The position numbers and the translations under genes are program-made. Positions 9,701 through 19,064 of a stretch of 58,039 bases of DNA are shown piece after piece; position 1 is the stretch's first letter; every line of letters starts with the position of its first letter. A model generated the notes under the pieces. That model searched no databases, was not told where the DNA came from, and was given only the letters and a program-made list of their open reading frames with translations. Origin of the DNA: a virus (taxonomy: Duplodnaviria > Caudoviricetes); the IMG/VR virus record IMGVR_UViG_3300032326_000244, positions 1-58,039 of that record. The stretch is one strand, 5' to 3'.

Positions 9701-10514
9701 AAATTTAGAATGGGTCCCTGGCGATCCTATAACAAAAGAAATGTTAGTAGTCAAAACAGAGGATCATGCTGCTTGGACAAAAACATGGGGCGATAGCTAT
9801 TGTGTCGAAAATGTATTTGACGACGACGAGTTAACCTGGTTAGAAGATTTAATGTATAGGAATCACAAAAGTCGTCGTGTTAAGAAAAACGGAACACTAC
9901 ACTTTAATGTAGACAATAGACTTATACAAAATAAGTTTTTTGACAAATTAAAAACTATTATTCCTGAACTAGAAAATACCGAACTATGGGAAGGTAATTT
10001 TTTAATAACTGCCACTCCTTATAACATACATATCGACACGGGTAACCACCAAGTGTTAAGTACAGCAACTTATGTTCCTGGCAAACAATTTATCATTCCT
10101 CTTTGGTTTTGCCACGGCAATAAAACTACTGATAATCCAGAGCACGGTACAGCCATCTTTAAAAACCGATTTATTATGTATGGTACAAATTTTGCCAAAG
10201 GCGACGCAAAGTATGATACTAATGTTTTTTACACAGTGCGCGACTATAAGGACTTAGTATGTTATAATAAAGACGGATCTGTATGGGATATTGACTGGTC
10301 TAAACGCAGCATAAGTGATGAAATATATAATAGATATTTTGACCACTTTAAAAGAGAATGGCTAGACGGCTTCGAATTGGAAGCAGTGTATCAATGGAAA
10401 CGTGGAAGTATCATAGTGTTTGATAGATCTCAAGCACACACAGGTATCAATTTTATGAAAAATAAAGTAACAATGAAGTGTGGGCTATCTATGATGACTA
10501 CAGTTAAACGATAA
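9687..10514 (+). CDS. 2OG-Fe(II) oxygenase-like protein
   Basis: HxD (HID) plus distal His in W..GS.IVFDRSQAHTG, followed by a basic residue (MKCGL), matching the jelly-roll facial-triad pattern. Confidence 0.6.
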   Translation: MEQSKNLEWVPGDPITKEMLVVKTEDHAAWTKTWGDSYCVENVFDDDELTWLEDLMYRNHKSRRVKKNGTLHFNVDNRLIQNKFFDKLKTIIPELENTELWEGNFLITATPYNIHIDTGNHQVLSTATYVPGKQFIIPLWFCHGNKTTDNPEHGTAIFKNRFIMYGTNFAKGDAKYDTNVFYTVRDYKDLVCYNKDGSVWDIDWSKRSISDEIYNRYFDHFKREWLDGFELEAVYQWKRGSIIVFDRSQAHTGINFMKNKVTMKCGLSMMTTVKR

Positions 10515-10523
10515 TAGTAATCG

Positions 10524-11591
10524 ATGATAGAATTAGATCAAATAAAGATAGTCCATGTCGAAGCCAGTAGTAGGTGTAATAGCAGATGCCCTATGTGTAG
10601 TAGATTTACGGCAGACGGATTTGTTCAACCTGAATTAAACGAATTAGATTTAACTGGCGAAGTTTTTTATAAATTATTCACTAAAGAATTTACAAGTCAA
10701 TTAGAGCATGTGTATTTTAGTGGAGTCTACGGAGACCCTTGCTTAAACAAGCTATTACCAGAATTCGTTAATTATCTAATGGATAACGGATGTAAGAGTG
10801 TTAGCATAGACACTAATGGTGGATATCGTAGTGAAGATTGGTGGGCGAGTCTTGCTAGACCGCGGGTGATGATTAATTTTGCGTTGGACGGTACTGATAA
10901 CGAAACACTGGACAAGTATCGTATAGGAGTTGTGTACGATAAAGCGTATGCCAATATGAAAGCATTTGTTGCCAACGGTGGCAATGCACAGTGGAATTTT
11001 ATTGTGTTCAAACATAATGAGCATCAAGTTGAAACAGCCAAACAATTAGCCGAGGATATTGGCGCAAAGTTTAGACTTAAAGTAACGCAAAAATTTCGTG
11101 GACGAAAAAATTATAAAGTTATGATAGATGGTGTACAACAGTATACGTTGGAGCCGCCTGATCAAGAATCTTTTAGACATCCAAACGTAGGAACTGTTGA
11201 ACATATTCCTATCAGTATTTTTAAATATAAAGATTATTCAAAATTATCTCATCTTAACGGAAATAAGGTCAGTTGTAAAATACAACAACGTCAGGAAATT
11301 TATTTAACTAGTACTGGATTGTTAATGCCTTGCTGTTATCTTGCTACCTATACACATGATAGTCCAGGCGCCGCACAGTTTACTAGTATATACGATTTAG
11401 AAAAATTTAATTTAAAATCTCTATCAGTAGCTGAAATCTTAGAAAATTTTAAACCAATAAGCGACAACTGGGACAAAACTATAAATGATGGAAATTTAAT
11501 TACTTGCTTACACACTTGTGGAAATAAAGAAAACACTACACTTTATCAAAACATCAATTTGAAAAAAGAAAATATTTTAAAACAGCAATGA
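10524..11591 (+). CDS. radical SAM protein with C-terminal SPASM/twitch-like domain (paralog of 590-1759)
   Basis: CNSRCPMC, GVYGDP, DTNGG, FIVFKHNEHQVE; C-terminal C...GLLMPCC...CLHTCG. Confidence 0.9.
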   Translation: MIELDQIKIVHVEASSRCNSRCPMCSRFTADGFVQPELNELDLTGEVFYKLFTKEFTSQLEHVYFSGVYGDPCLNKLLPEFVNYLMDNGCKSVSIDTNGGYRSEDWWASLARPRVMINFALDGTDNETLDKYRIGVVYDKAYANMKAFVANGGNAQWNFIVFKHNEHQVETAKQLAEDIGAKFRLKVTQKFRGRKNYKVMIDGVQQYTLEPPDQESFRHPNVGTVEHIPISIFKYKDYSKLSHLNGNKVSCKIQQRQEIYLTSTGLLMPCCYLATYTHDSPGAAQFTSIYDLEKFNLKSLSVAEILENFKPISDNWDKTINDGNLITCLHTCGNKENTTLYQNINLKKENILKQQ

Positions 11592-12946
11592 CAGCAAAAT
11601 CTAAAACATTTTGTATATTACCTTTTATACACATACAAGTTAAACCCAGCGGGCAAATAAAACCTTGTTGTCGATTTGATTTCGTACACGACGACTATAT
11701 TGATAAAACATGGACTGCTGAAAAAGGTAACGCATATCACACTTTTAATAAGTATAACATTTCCAACGGTTCTACTTTAACTGAAGCTATGAACAGCGAT
11801 TTATGGAATGATGTCAGACATAAGATGTTAGCAGGAGAACCTGTTAGTGGATGTAGAAAGTGCTACACACAGGAAACATTTAACGGCAGTTCGATGCGTG
11901 TTTATGAAAACAATGACAGAAACGATGGTATACAAGATGAGTTATCTAGTAGTGTAGAACCTTTAAAAATAAAATATCTCGAGATGACTTTTGGAAATTA
12001 TTGTAATTTAAAGTGTAGAACATGTGCGGGTGATTTATCTAGCACATGGCACGAAGAAGAAGTATTATTGGCAAAAGTTTACCCTGGCAGATACAGCTCT
12101 CCTAAAGTTTTAAATATTCCTTTTAATTGGAAACCTGAAGATTTTATCAATATAGAAGAAATTAAATTCACTGGCGGTGAGCCTATGATTCATCCTGACT
12201 TTTTAAAGTTAATGGATATGTTAATTGAAATCGATGTTGCCAAGAATATTTCGTTAGATGTGTTTACAAATTGTAGTTGGAAGCCTGGCGAGAAGTTCTT
12301 TAAAAGACTAAATCAATTTAAACAAGTAAAAATTAGTTTAAGTATAGACGGCGTTGGAAAAACTAACGATTATATAAGAACACCCAGTGAGTGGAATGTA
12401 GTTGATTCTGTTGTGGATAGTTGGCTCGGCCAAGAAGCAGCAGCTCCTTCTAAAATTCAAATAACGTGGAATCCTACTATCAATATCTATAATATTTTAG
12501 AAATAGATACAATGATAGCTTGGTGGGATGAAAAACAAAACAGACATTTTCTCAATCGTCCTTGGCCCAATTTAATAGAACAAAATTATAGAGAAGACAC
12601 TACTTCTAGTTTTAGATTAATTTTTAACATTTTACAAGATCCGAAATACTTGTCAGTATCCAATTTACCAGAATCGGCAAAACAGTTAGCCAGCAGTAAA
12701 CTAAAATTAATATATGACAAATACGATTCTTCTAATTCGTTAGGTAACCCCCGTAAAGAAATGTTTAATAAAAAATTAGCCGCAATTGACGGAGCTCTTA
12801 AGTTACCAGCAAATAAAGAAATGCTACAGTTATTTGCTAGCTATACCGAAGACTTAGATAGACTACGTACCCAGTCGTTAAAAAATTCTTTACCTTTATT
12901 GTACAAAGAATTAGAAGGTTATGTAGAATACACAGGAAAACTATAA
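11588..12946 (+). CDS. radical SAM protein with N-terminal twitch-like domain
   Basis: FCILPF...GQIKPCC...GCRKC; CNLKCRTC; TGGEP; SIDG. Confidence 0.92.
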   Translation: MTAKSKTFCILPFIHIQVKPSGQIKPCCRFDFVHDDYIDKTWTAEKGNAYHTFNKYNISNGSTLTEAMNSDLWNDVRHKMLAGEPVSGCRKCYTQETFNGSSMRVYENNDRNDGIQDELSSSVEPLKIKYLEMTFGNYCNLKCRTCAGDLSSTWHEEEVLLAKVYPGRYSSPKVLNIPFNWKPEDFINIEEIKFTGGEPMIHPDFLKLMDMLIEIDVAKNISLDVFTNCSWKPGEKFFKRLNQFKQVKISLSIDGVGKTNDYIRTPSEWNVVDSVVDSWLGQEAAAPSKIQITWNPTINIYNILEIDTMIAWWDEKQNRHFLNRPWPNLIEQNYREDTTSSFRLIFNILQDPKYLSVSNLPESAKQLASSKLKLIYDKYDSSNSLGNPRKEMFNKKLAAIDGALKLPANKEMLQLFASYTEDLDRLRTQSLKNSLPLLYKELEGYVEYTGKL

Positions 12947-14190
12947 TGAGCAAGACTTTTTGTGTTATGCCATTTTGCCATGTAAACATTAAACAAGAAG
13001 GTAAAGTAAGTGCCTGCTGGAGATACCCTGATAAAATTGGAGACTATACTAAACAAAGTATCAGTGAAGTTTGGAATGGTACTGAGATAAAAGAATTGCG
13101 AAGACAATTACTCAACGATGAGCGTCCTGTAGGATGCCGTAGTTGTTGGGATATGGAAGACAGCGGTGTTCGTAGTACAAGATCGCAAACAGCAGTTGAT
13201 TATAAAGACATAATGGATATTGAAAAGGCAAAAGCAGTAATCGCCGAAGACTTTTCAATGCCTGCTGAAAATTTAAAAAGCATCGAACTTAGATTTGATA
13301 ATATTTGTAATTTAATGTGTAGACATTGTAGTCCTGATTACAGTAGTAAATGGGAAGCGGCAGTTAAGCGCGATGAAAAGCTACAAAGTAAAATGATTCA
13401 GTTCGGCACTTTTAGGAAAAGTGATGAGCATATAAACCTCAATCAAAAAATTATTGATGAGATTGGCAGTACTGTTTCTTCTAATCTAACAGAAATTATG
13501 CTAGCAGGTGGCGAGCCTTTATATCATGAACGTCATTATGATTTTATTAAGTCTATGCTACCCAACGCTAAAAATATAAAACTTAGCTATAACAGTAATT
13601 TAACCAAATTAAATTACAAGGGTAATTCTATTTTAGAGTTATGGAAGCATTTTAAAAAAGTTAACCTACGTGTAAGCATCGATGGTGATCCTAGTTGTTA
13701 TCAATATGTTAGAGCACACGATGGCTTGACAACAATTGAAAAAAACATTAAACTAGTACAAGAAGTACCTAATACTAGAGTCAGCGCAACCTGTACTACC
13801 AGTTTATTGAATATAACAAGATTGATACCAACTATAGAATATTTCTTATCATTAGGCGCATATTTTCATGCCAGCATAGTTCAATATCCTAGGGCATTAA
13901 ATCCTAAGTTGTTGCCTGTAGAACTAAAAGAAAAAATAACAACTGATTGGAATAATTGGATTGCTGATATCGATACAAATATTATAAATTGTGTAAAGTT
14001 ATTGCCTACCACGGATGTAGAATCACATAAGAAAAACATCCTAAAGTTTGGACATATGGTAGTTAATTATATGAATTCAGAAAATTGGCATGACCACTGG
14101 CACGAATTTGTAGATTACTCTGCGGTATTGGATGATTATTTCAAAACAGACTTATACAGCGTATACCCTGAATTTAAATTTATAAAGTGA
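12946..14190 (+). CDS. radical SAM protein with N-terminal twitch-like domain
   Basis: FCVMPF...GKVSACW...GCRSC; CNLMCRHC; AGGEP; SIDG. Confidence 0.92.
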   Translation: MSKTFCVMPFCHVNIKQEGKVSACWRYPDKIGDYTKQSISEVWNGTEIKELRRQLLNDERPVGCRSCWDMEDSGVRSTRSQTAVDYKDIMDIEKAKAVIAEDFSMPAENLKSIELRFDNICNLMCRHCSPDYSSKWEAAVKRDEKLQSKMIQFGTFRKSDEHINLNQKIIDEIGSTVSSNLTEIMLAGGEPLYHERHYDFIKSMLPNAKNIKLSYNSNLTKLNYKGNSILELWKHFKKVNLRVSIDGDPSCYQYVRAHDGLTTIEKNIKLVQEVPNTRVSATCTTSLLNITRLIPTIEYFLSLGAYFHASIVQYPRALNPKLLPVELKEKITTDWNNWIADIDTNIINCVKLLPTTDVESHKKNILKFGHMVVNYMNSENWHDHWHEFVDYSAVLDDYFKTDLYSVYPEFKFIK

Positions 14191-15515
14191 AACATATGGA
14201 AGAATGGAAAAATACTTATTGTTCTAAATCATGGACTGATGTCAATGTAGACTTTTCAAGTGAGTTCGTTAGAAACTGTTGTAAATCGCAGCCTATTAAA
14301 TTTGTTCCAAACTTAGATAAAACTTTCTTTGAATTTTCACCCGATTTAGTCAAACGTAAGACAGATAGTTTAAACGGAATTCAAAATGAGCAATGTAATT
14401 TTTGTTGGAAAGAAGAAGGCAACAGAGCTACTTATCGAGACGTACATAATAGGTGGTCAACTGAATTTGTAGAATCAACTCGAGATGATCTTTTATCTAC
14501 TGACAAATCATTTGCGAATTATATAGAAGTAAAGTTTTCTAACACTTGCGATATGGCCTGTTTATATTGTAGTCCAAAATTTAGTAGCAAAATAGCAATA
14601 GAAGAAAACGTTCGAATTAAAAGTGTGCCACTGGCATCTGAATTCGAAGCTTTTAAAGAATTCTCAGATCCTCTAATTAAAAACGCAGTAAAATTAGTAA
14701 AGGAAGATATAAAAAAAGATGTATGGGATACAACACAATTACGTTTTGTATTTCTAGGCGGCGAGCCTACATTGATAGATCAATTTTATGACTTTATTAA
14801 TCACATTACTGAAAGAGTCAAGCATTATACTCAGGAAAAAAACTGGGAATATAAAATGAGGAATATACGTCTTGAAATAGTTACTAATGGTAATACTACT
14901 CCAGCTCTTATGGAGAAGTTTTTTAAATTAGTCGGCACCACTAGTTTTCAATGGACTGTTGGAATAAGTAATGAGTCATTCGGACACGATGCTGAATTAA
15001 TACGAAACGGCTTGAATTGGGAAAGATTTCAACATAATTTTAATCAATATATTTCCAGGTCTAAAAAAATTGATAGTATTAATCTAGCACCTGCCCTTAA
15101 TATTTTTAGTTTAAAGACATTTCATCTTTACGTAGCATGGGTACATGAACAATTTAACAAACAGTTGGAATTAACTGGATACTGCCCTGCATTTACATGG
15201 CATGGCAATTTTATTGCGGACCCTGTAATGGATATAAATGTGTTACCTATCGAATATAGAAAATATGTCGACCTTGCTATCGATTTGATTGAAAAAGAAA
15301 CTAATCCTAAATTTAAAAATAAGCAAAACACAATTAAATTCTTAAATCAAATGAAAGATAGAATTGGGTCAATTGATCCTGAATCGCCCGATGTCAAATG
15401 GTACAAAGAACGAGCAAGAGATTGGCTCTTAGTGAAAGAGCAAAAGAAAGGCGTTAGTAACTTAACACCTTTGTTATTAAATATTGGTTACGATAATTAT
15501 AAAGAGTACATTTAA
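14187..15515 (+). CDS. radical SAM protein with N-terminal twitch-like domain
   Basis: YCSKSW...NCC...QCNFC; CDMACLYC; LGGEPT; VTNG. The start may be the ATG at 14196. Confidence 0.9.
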   Translation: MKHMEEWKNTYCSKSWTDVNVDFSSEFVRNCCKSQPIKFVPNLDKTFFEFSPDLVKRKTDSLNGIQNEQCNFCWKEEGNRATYRDVHNRWSTEFVESTRDDLLSTDKSFANYIEVKFSNTCDMACLYCSPKFSSKIAIEENVRIKSVPLASEFEAFKEFSDPLIKNAVKLVKEDIKKDVWDTTQLRFVFLGGEPTLIDQFYDFINHITERVKHYTQEKNWEYKMRNIRLEIVTNGNTTPALMEKFFKLVGTTSFQWTVGISNESFGHDAELIRNGLNWERFQHNFNQYISRSKKIDSINLAPALNIFSLKTFHLYVAWVHEQFNKQLELTGYCPAFTWHGNFIADPVMDINVLPIEYRKYVDLAIDLIEKETNPKFKNKQNTIKFLNQMKDRIGSIDPESPDVKWYKERARDWLLVKEQKKGVSNLTPLLLNIGYDNYKEYI

Positions 15516-16687
15516 TGAGTAATGATTTATCTTGGTCGGCTTACGACTTTACAAAAATTCCGTACAACGATATTCAACGTGTCGGTCAGCGCACAATGTT
15601 GTACAGAGATCTCTTTACAGTTAGTTGGTTGTTAGGTAGATTCTGTAACTATCGATGCAGTTACTGCTGGCCTTATGCCCGTAGTGACAAGAAAGACCAC
15701 AGACCTACAGAGTTATGCTTACTTACAGTAGACGAGATTAAGCGTCAAGCACGTGAGCGAGGATTTAACAGCTTTCACTTCAGTCTAAGCGGCGGCGAAC
15801 CCACGTTCCATCCAGGGTATATTGATATTCTAAATCATCTAAACAATGATGCGGAAAATACAAATTATACTAGTGTACATATGACTACTAACATGAGTCG
15901 TAGTTTACGATGGTTTGAAGATGAGTACTGCCCTGCTGTAAGCAAATTTCATAGAGCCAGCATCACGGCTAGCTTACATACTGAACATGTAGACACTCCT
16001 GAAAAGATGCAAGATTTTGCTGACAAACTAATATTGTGTCAACAGCATGATGTACAGGTAACTATTAACATGGTCATGGTTCCTGAATGGTTTGAACGTG
16101 ATTTCGAAAATGCCTTGTTCTTTCACAATCAAGGAATCAACGTAACGCTAAAACCTCAAAGCGATCCTACAGCAAGTCGTGTAGTTGATGGATATACTCC
16201 GGATATGCTAAAACGTTTACACAACGGTATGCCACAACGAGCATTTACAGAAAATAAAGCAGATGAAGCTAAACTAGTCAAGCGTCCTATCCCTACATTT
16301 CGTAAAGTACCAGATCCATTGTACAAAGAAGAAAACGCAAAAATACCACAGCATTTTCAAGTAGAATTTGTCGACTCTAACAAGAAAATTTGGTACATGG
16401 ATCAAGCTGAAAGATTTAATGCCTTTAACTTTAACAAGTTTAAAGGATGGGAGTGTAGTAGTGGCTATCGCAGTATTATTATACGTGAACCAGATGGCAG
16501 TATAAAACGTAGTTATAGCTGTAGCGATGTTCCATTAGGTAATGTAGAAACTGGTTTTAACTTGTTTAACGGACCGACTCCATGTATTAGCGAAAGTTGT
16601 GTTAGCAGTGCTGACAGTAAAATACCCAAAAGAGCGCCCGGAACAAAGTTACCTTTGTGGCCGGGCGATAAGACGTTTGAAGATTAA
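15515..16687 (+). CDS. radical SAM protein with C-terminal Cys-rich domain (same type as 1761-2711)
   Basis: CNYRCSYC, SGGEPT, MTTN; C-terminal FKGWECSSG...SC...LGN...CISESC..ADSKIPK. Confidence 0.9.
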   Translation: MSNDLSWSAYDFTKIPYNDIQRVGQRTMLYRDLFTVSWLLGRFCNYRCSYCWPYARSDKKDHRPTELCLLTVDEIKRQARERGFNSFHFSLSGGEPTFHPGYIDILNHLNNDAENTNYTSVHMTTNMSRSLRWFEDEYCPAVSKFHRASITASLHTEHVDTPEKMQDFADKLILCQQHDVQVTINMVMVPEWFERDFENALFFHNQGINVTLKPQSDPTASRVVDGYTPDMLKRLHNGMPQRAFTENKADEAKLVKRPIPTFRKVPDPLYKEENAKIPQHFQVEFVDSNKKIWYMDQAERFNAFNFNKFKGWECSSGYRSIIIREPDGSIKRSYSCSDVPLGNVETGFNLFNGPTPCISESCVSSADSKIPKRAPGTKLPLWPGDKTFED

Positions 16688-17358
16688 ATTTCTAAAGGAA
16701 ATACTTCAGAAATAATTTTAGCACATGCTTGAGCAATCTCCATGTGCTCTTTTTGTGTTCCGTTTTCCTTACGCAAGTTAATGTAATGAATCCAGCTACG
16801 GATAGTACCGTTCATGTACATACGACTTACAGTAAGACCTTCGGGTAGAACAGCACGAGCTTGCTCTTTGGCAATGCCATTAGCGATAGCCCATTTATAT
16901 TCTTTCTCGACTGCAAACAGCACCCGCTTCTGAGCACGTTCCCATTCGATAGCCAGTAAACGTTGGCTTTCGTCGTTCATATCAAACTCAACACTGTTCT
17001 GTCTATTCTTTGTATCCTGAAAACGTGCTTCACGAATAACAAACGCTTCACCTAATTCTGCTGTAGGATCGGCATAGCGTTGACTAAACTCTTGAAAGCT
17101 AAATGAACGATGACGAAGAATTTGTCGAGCAATGTCACGGGTAGTTTCAATTTCAATACAAGCTGAAACCATCTCAAGCGGACTCCAATGCTGGTGCTTG
17201 ATCAAGTACTTGATTAGCTTTTCACTTGTTTCTGTATTGAATTGGTTGGCAGGGTTACTTACACGAGCACAGTAAGCTACAAGATCTAGCGCATCTTCGA
17301 CGTCTTGATTTTGAAATTCTTCTGTGGGCTTGCTATAAGATACTAATTTAACTTTCAT
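16684..17358 (-). CDS. thyX: flavin-dependent thymidylate synthase
   Basis: HWSPLE, RQILRHRSFSFQEFSQRY (RHRx7S motif), KEQARAVLP, TQKEH. Confidence 0.97.
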   Translation of the reverse strand: MKVKLVSYSKPTEEFQNQDVEDALDLVAYCARVSNPANQFNTETSEKLIKYLIKHQHWSPLEMVSACIEIETTRDIARQILRHRSFSFQEFSQRYADPTAELGEAFVIREARFQDTKNRQNSVEFDMNDESQRLLAIEWERAQKRVLFAVEKEYKWAIANGIAKEQARAVLPEGLTVSRMYMNGTIRSWIHYINLRKENGTQKEHMEIAQACAKIISEVFPLEI

Positions 17359-17675
17359 TTTAATTTCTTGTTATTCAAAAATTTGTTGGTATGCTTGGTT
17401 ATATCTTTTTTAATTCTATTAGTATCTAATTTAAAATCGACATTTTCAATAGTATCTTCATATTCCGATACAATTTCCCGCATCTGTCGTTCAAAGTTAT
17501 CCCAACTTCCTTCATTAAGATCTTTTTCTAATTCTATTTCCCAAATTTTTTTATTTTTGAATGTAATCTTAACCGAATGAAGATATCGGAGAGGAACCAC
17601 GTTAAGCGTTATCTCTCCGAATATTTCAGGCCAGCGATCTATTACATCCTTGGGAAGTGTCTTCCCACGTGTCAC
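17355..17675 (-). CDS. hypothetical phage protein
   Basis: 106 aa, coupled to neighbours in the minus-strand operon. Confidence 0.7.
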   Translation of the reverse strand: MTRGKTLPKDVIDRWPEIFGEITLNVVPLRYLHSVKITFKNKKIWEIELEKDLNEGSWDNFERQMREIVSEYEDTIENVDFKLDTNRIKKDITKHTNKFLNNKKLK

Positions 17676-18292
17676 TTTGCTTTCTTCGTAGGCACGAGTT
17701 CTTCGGCTTTACGTCTAAAATCAGCAGCCTGTTTTGCCAACTTGTCTGCATCACTTCTAAACTTTTTAGCCTGTGCTTCCGGACTAAGATTTTCCACCAT
17801 AGGTTGGATATCTTCGTTTACACTTTGAGATGTAGTTTTTGCCGAAGGACTGATATCTCTAACTGTGGCTACATCGACAACTTCGACGTTAGAAGGAGTA
17901 TTTACTTCCTCTTTAACTGCCAAGTCATCTACCGCAATACCACGCTGTTCGGCAATTAACTGATTAAGTTCATCTAGACTAATGCGTGTTTGAAAATTGG
18001 GAATCATTTCAACTTCACTAGTAGATACTTTTGTTAACATACCTTTGGTGTGTAAACTAGGTAACATTGTGCTACCATCCGGGAATTTTGCTCTAGCTAG
18101 AACATCGGAAAACTCAAATGCCTCTTGTGCTGAATTATTTTCTACAAGCTGAATTAACGCATCGTGATAGCTATCAGGCAAATTTTCTGTTGGAATAATT
18201 AGGCAACTGTAAGAATCGCCCGGCAATGTCCTGTACGCCACCAATACTTTACGGCCAGTTTTTTTCATTCGGCCTACGTGTTTGATATCCAT
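17672..18292 (-). CDS. hypothetical phage protein
   Basis: Start reassigned to ATG 18292 (MDIKHVGR), preceded by AAGGAG SD; C-terminal coiled coil. Confidence 0.75.
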   Translation of the reverse strand: MDIKHVGRMKKTGRKVLVAYRTLPGDSYSCLIIPTENLPDSYHDALIQLVENNSAQEAFEFSDVLARAKFPDGSTMLPSLHTKGMLTKVSTSEVEMIPNFQTRISLDELNQLIAEQRGIAVDDLAVKEEVNTPSNVEVVDVATVRDISPSAKTTSQSVNEDIQPMVENLSPEAQAKKFRSDADKLAKQAADFRRKAEELVPTKKAK

Positions 18293-18293
18293 A

Positions 18294-18539
18294 TTATTCT
18301 CCTTGAGCAGGAGCTGCAGGTTGTGCCTTTTGCGCCGCATCTAGGAAAGCATTTAATTTATCAAATAACTGTCCTACACTAGATAGTTCGTTAGCTTGAA
18401 AAGCACCACGCTTGGTTACTACATCGATTACACTACGCATGGCAATTAAATCATTGATGTTAAGTTCAGGTGCTGCAGCGGGTGCGGTCTCTGTTGCGGC
18501 TTCAACCCCATTTTGTTCTGTTACGTCTTGTTCAGTCAT
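18294..18539 (-). CDS. small hypothetical protein (paralog of 18536-18745)
   Basis: L..NDL.AM.S.ID....RG.F..NE...VGQ...KL..FL shared with the next ORF. Confidence 0.75.
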   Translation of the reverse strand: MTEQDVTEQNGVEAATETAPAAAPELNINDLIAMRSVIDVVTKRGAFQANELSSVGQLFDKLNAFLDAAQKAQPAAPAQGE

Positions 18540-18745
18540 TTTGTTTCTCCTTGGTTTTGTTTAACACCTTCTAAAAAGGTTGTTAGTTTGTTATAAGTTT
18601 GTCCAACTATTATCATTTCATTTGGCTTAAAAGTGCCTCTAGCACTTGCGATATCGATAATGCTTTTCATTGCCGCTAAATCGGTAAGTGTTAATTGAGT
18701 AGGATCCTGTTGTGGAGCCTCTTGTGTATTAGTTTCTTCAGTCAT
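18536..18745 (-). CDS. small hypothetical protein (paralog of 18294-18539)
   Basis: Same core motif; GAAGGAG SD. Confidence 0.75.
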   Translation of the reverse strand: MTEETNTQEAPQQDPTQLTLTDLAAMKSIIDIASARGTFKPNEMIIVGQTYNKLTTFLEGVKQNQGETK

Positions 18746-18785
18746 ATAAACTCCTTCAAATTTATATATGCTTATAATTTATCTC

Positions 18786-19064
18786 TTAGGTTAAATGTGG
18801 ACACGCAAGTCTGAAAAAACTAAGTTCTTTTTCAGATTCAAAGCCTATACGTGTGGTATAAATTATGGTATTGTCGATAATGCCTATATATTGTCCTACA
18901 TAGTATCGACTATTAAGATTAGCATAGATCCAGCGATCTATGTGATTGGATAATACAGGATTGTATTTAGGCAAATCTGTATAGTGGAAATGATGCGCTG
19001 GAAACGAGACTTTTCTCAGATCCAGCGCATTAAGCGGATTTATTTTACCGTTTTTTAGAGCCAT
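18786..19064 (-). CDS. hypothetical phage protein
   Basis: 92 aa, coupled to upstream gene by TAATG. Confidence 0.7.
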   Translation of the reverse strand: MALKNGKINPLNALDLRKVSFPAHHFHYTDLPKYNPVLSNHIDRWIYANLNSRYYVGQYIGIIDNTIIYTTRIGFESEKELSFFRLACPHLT

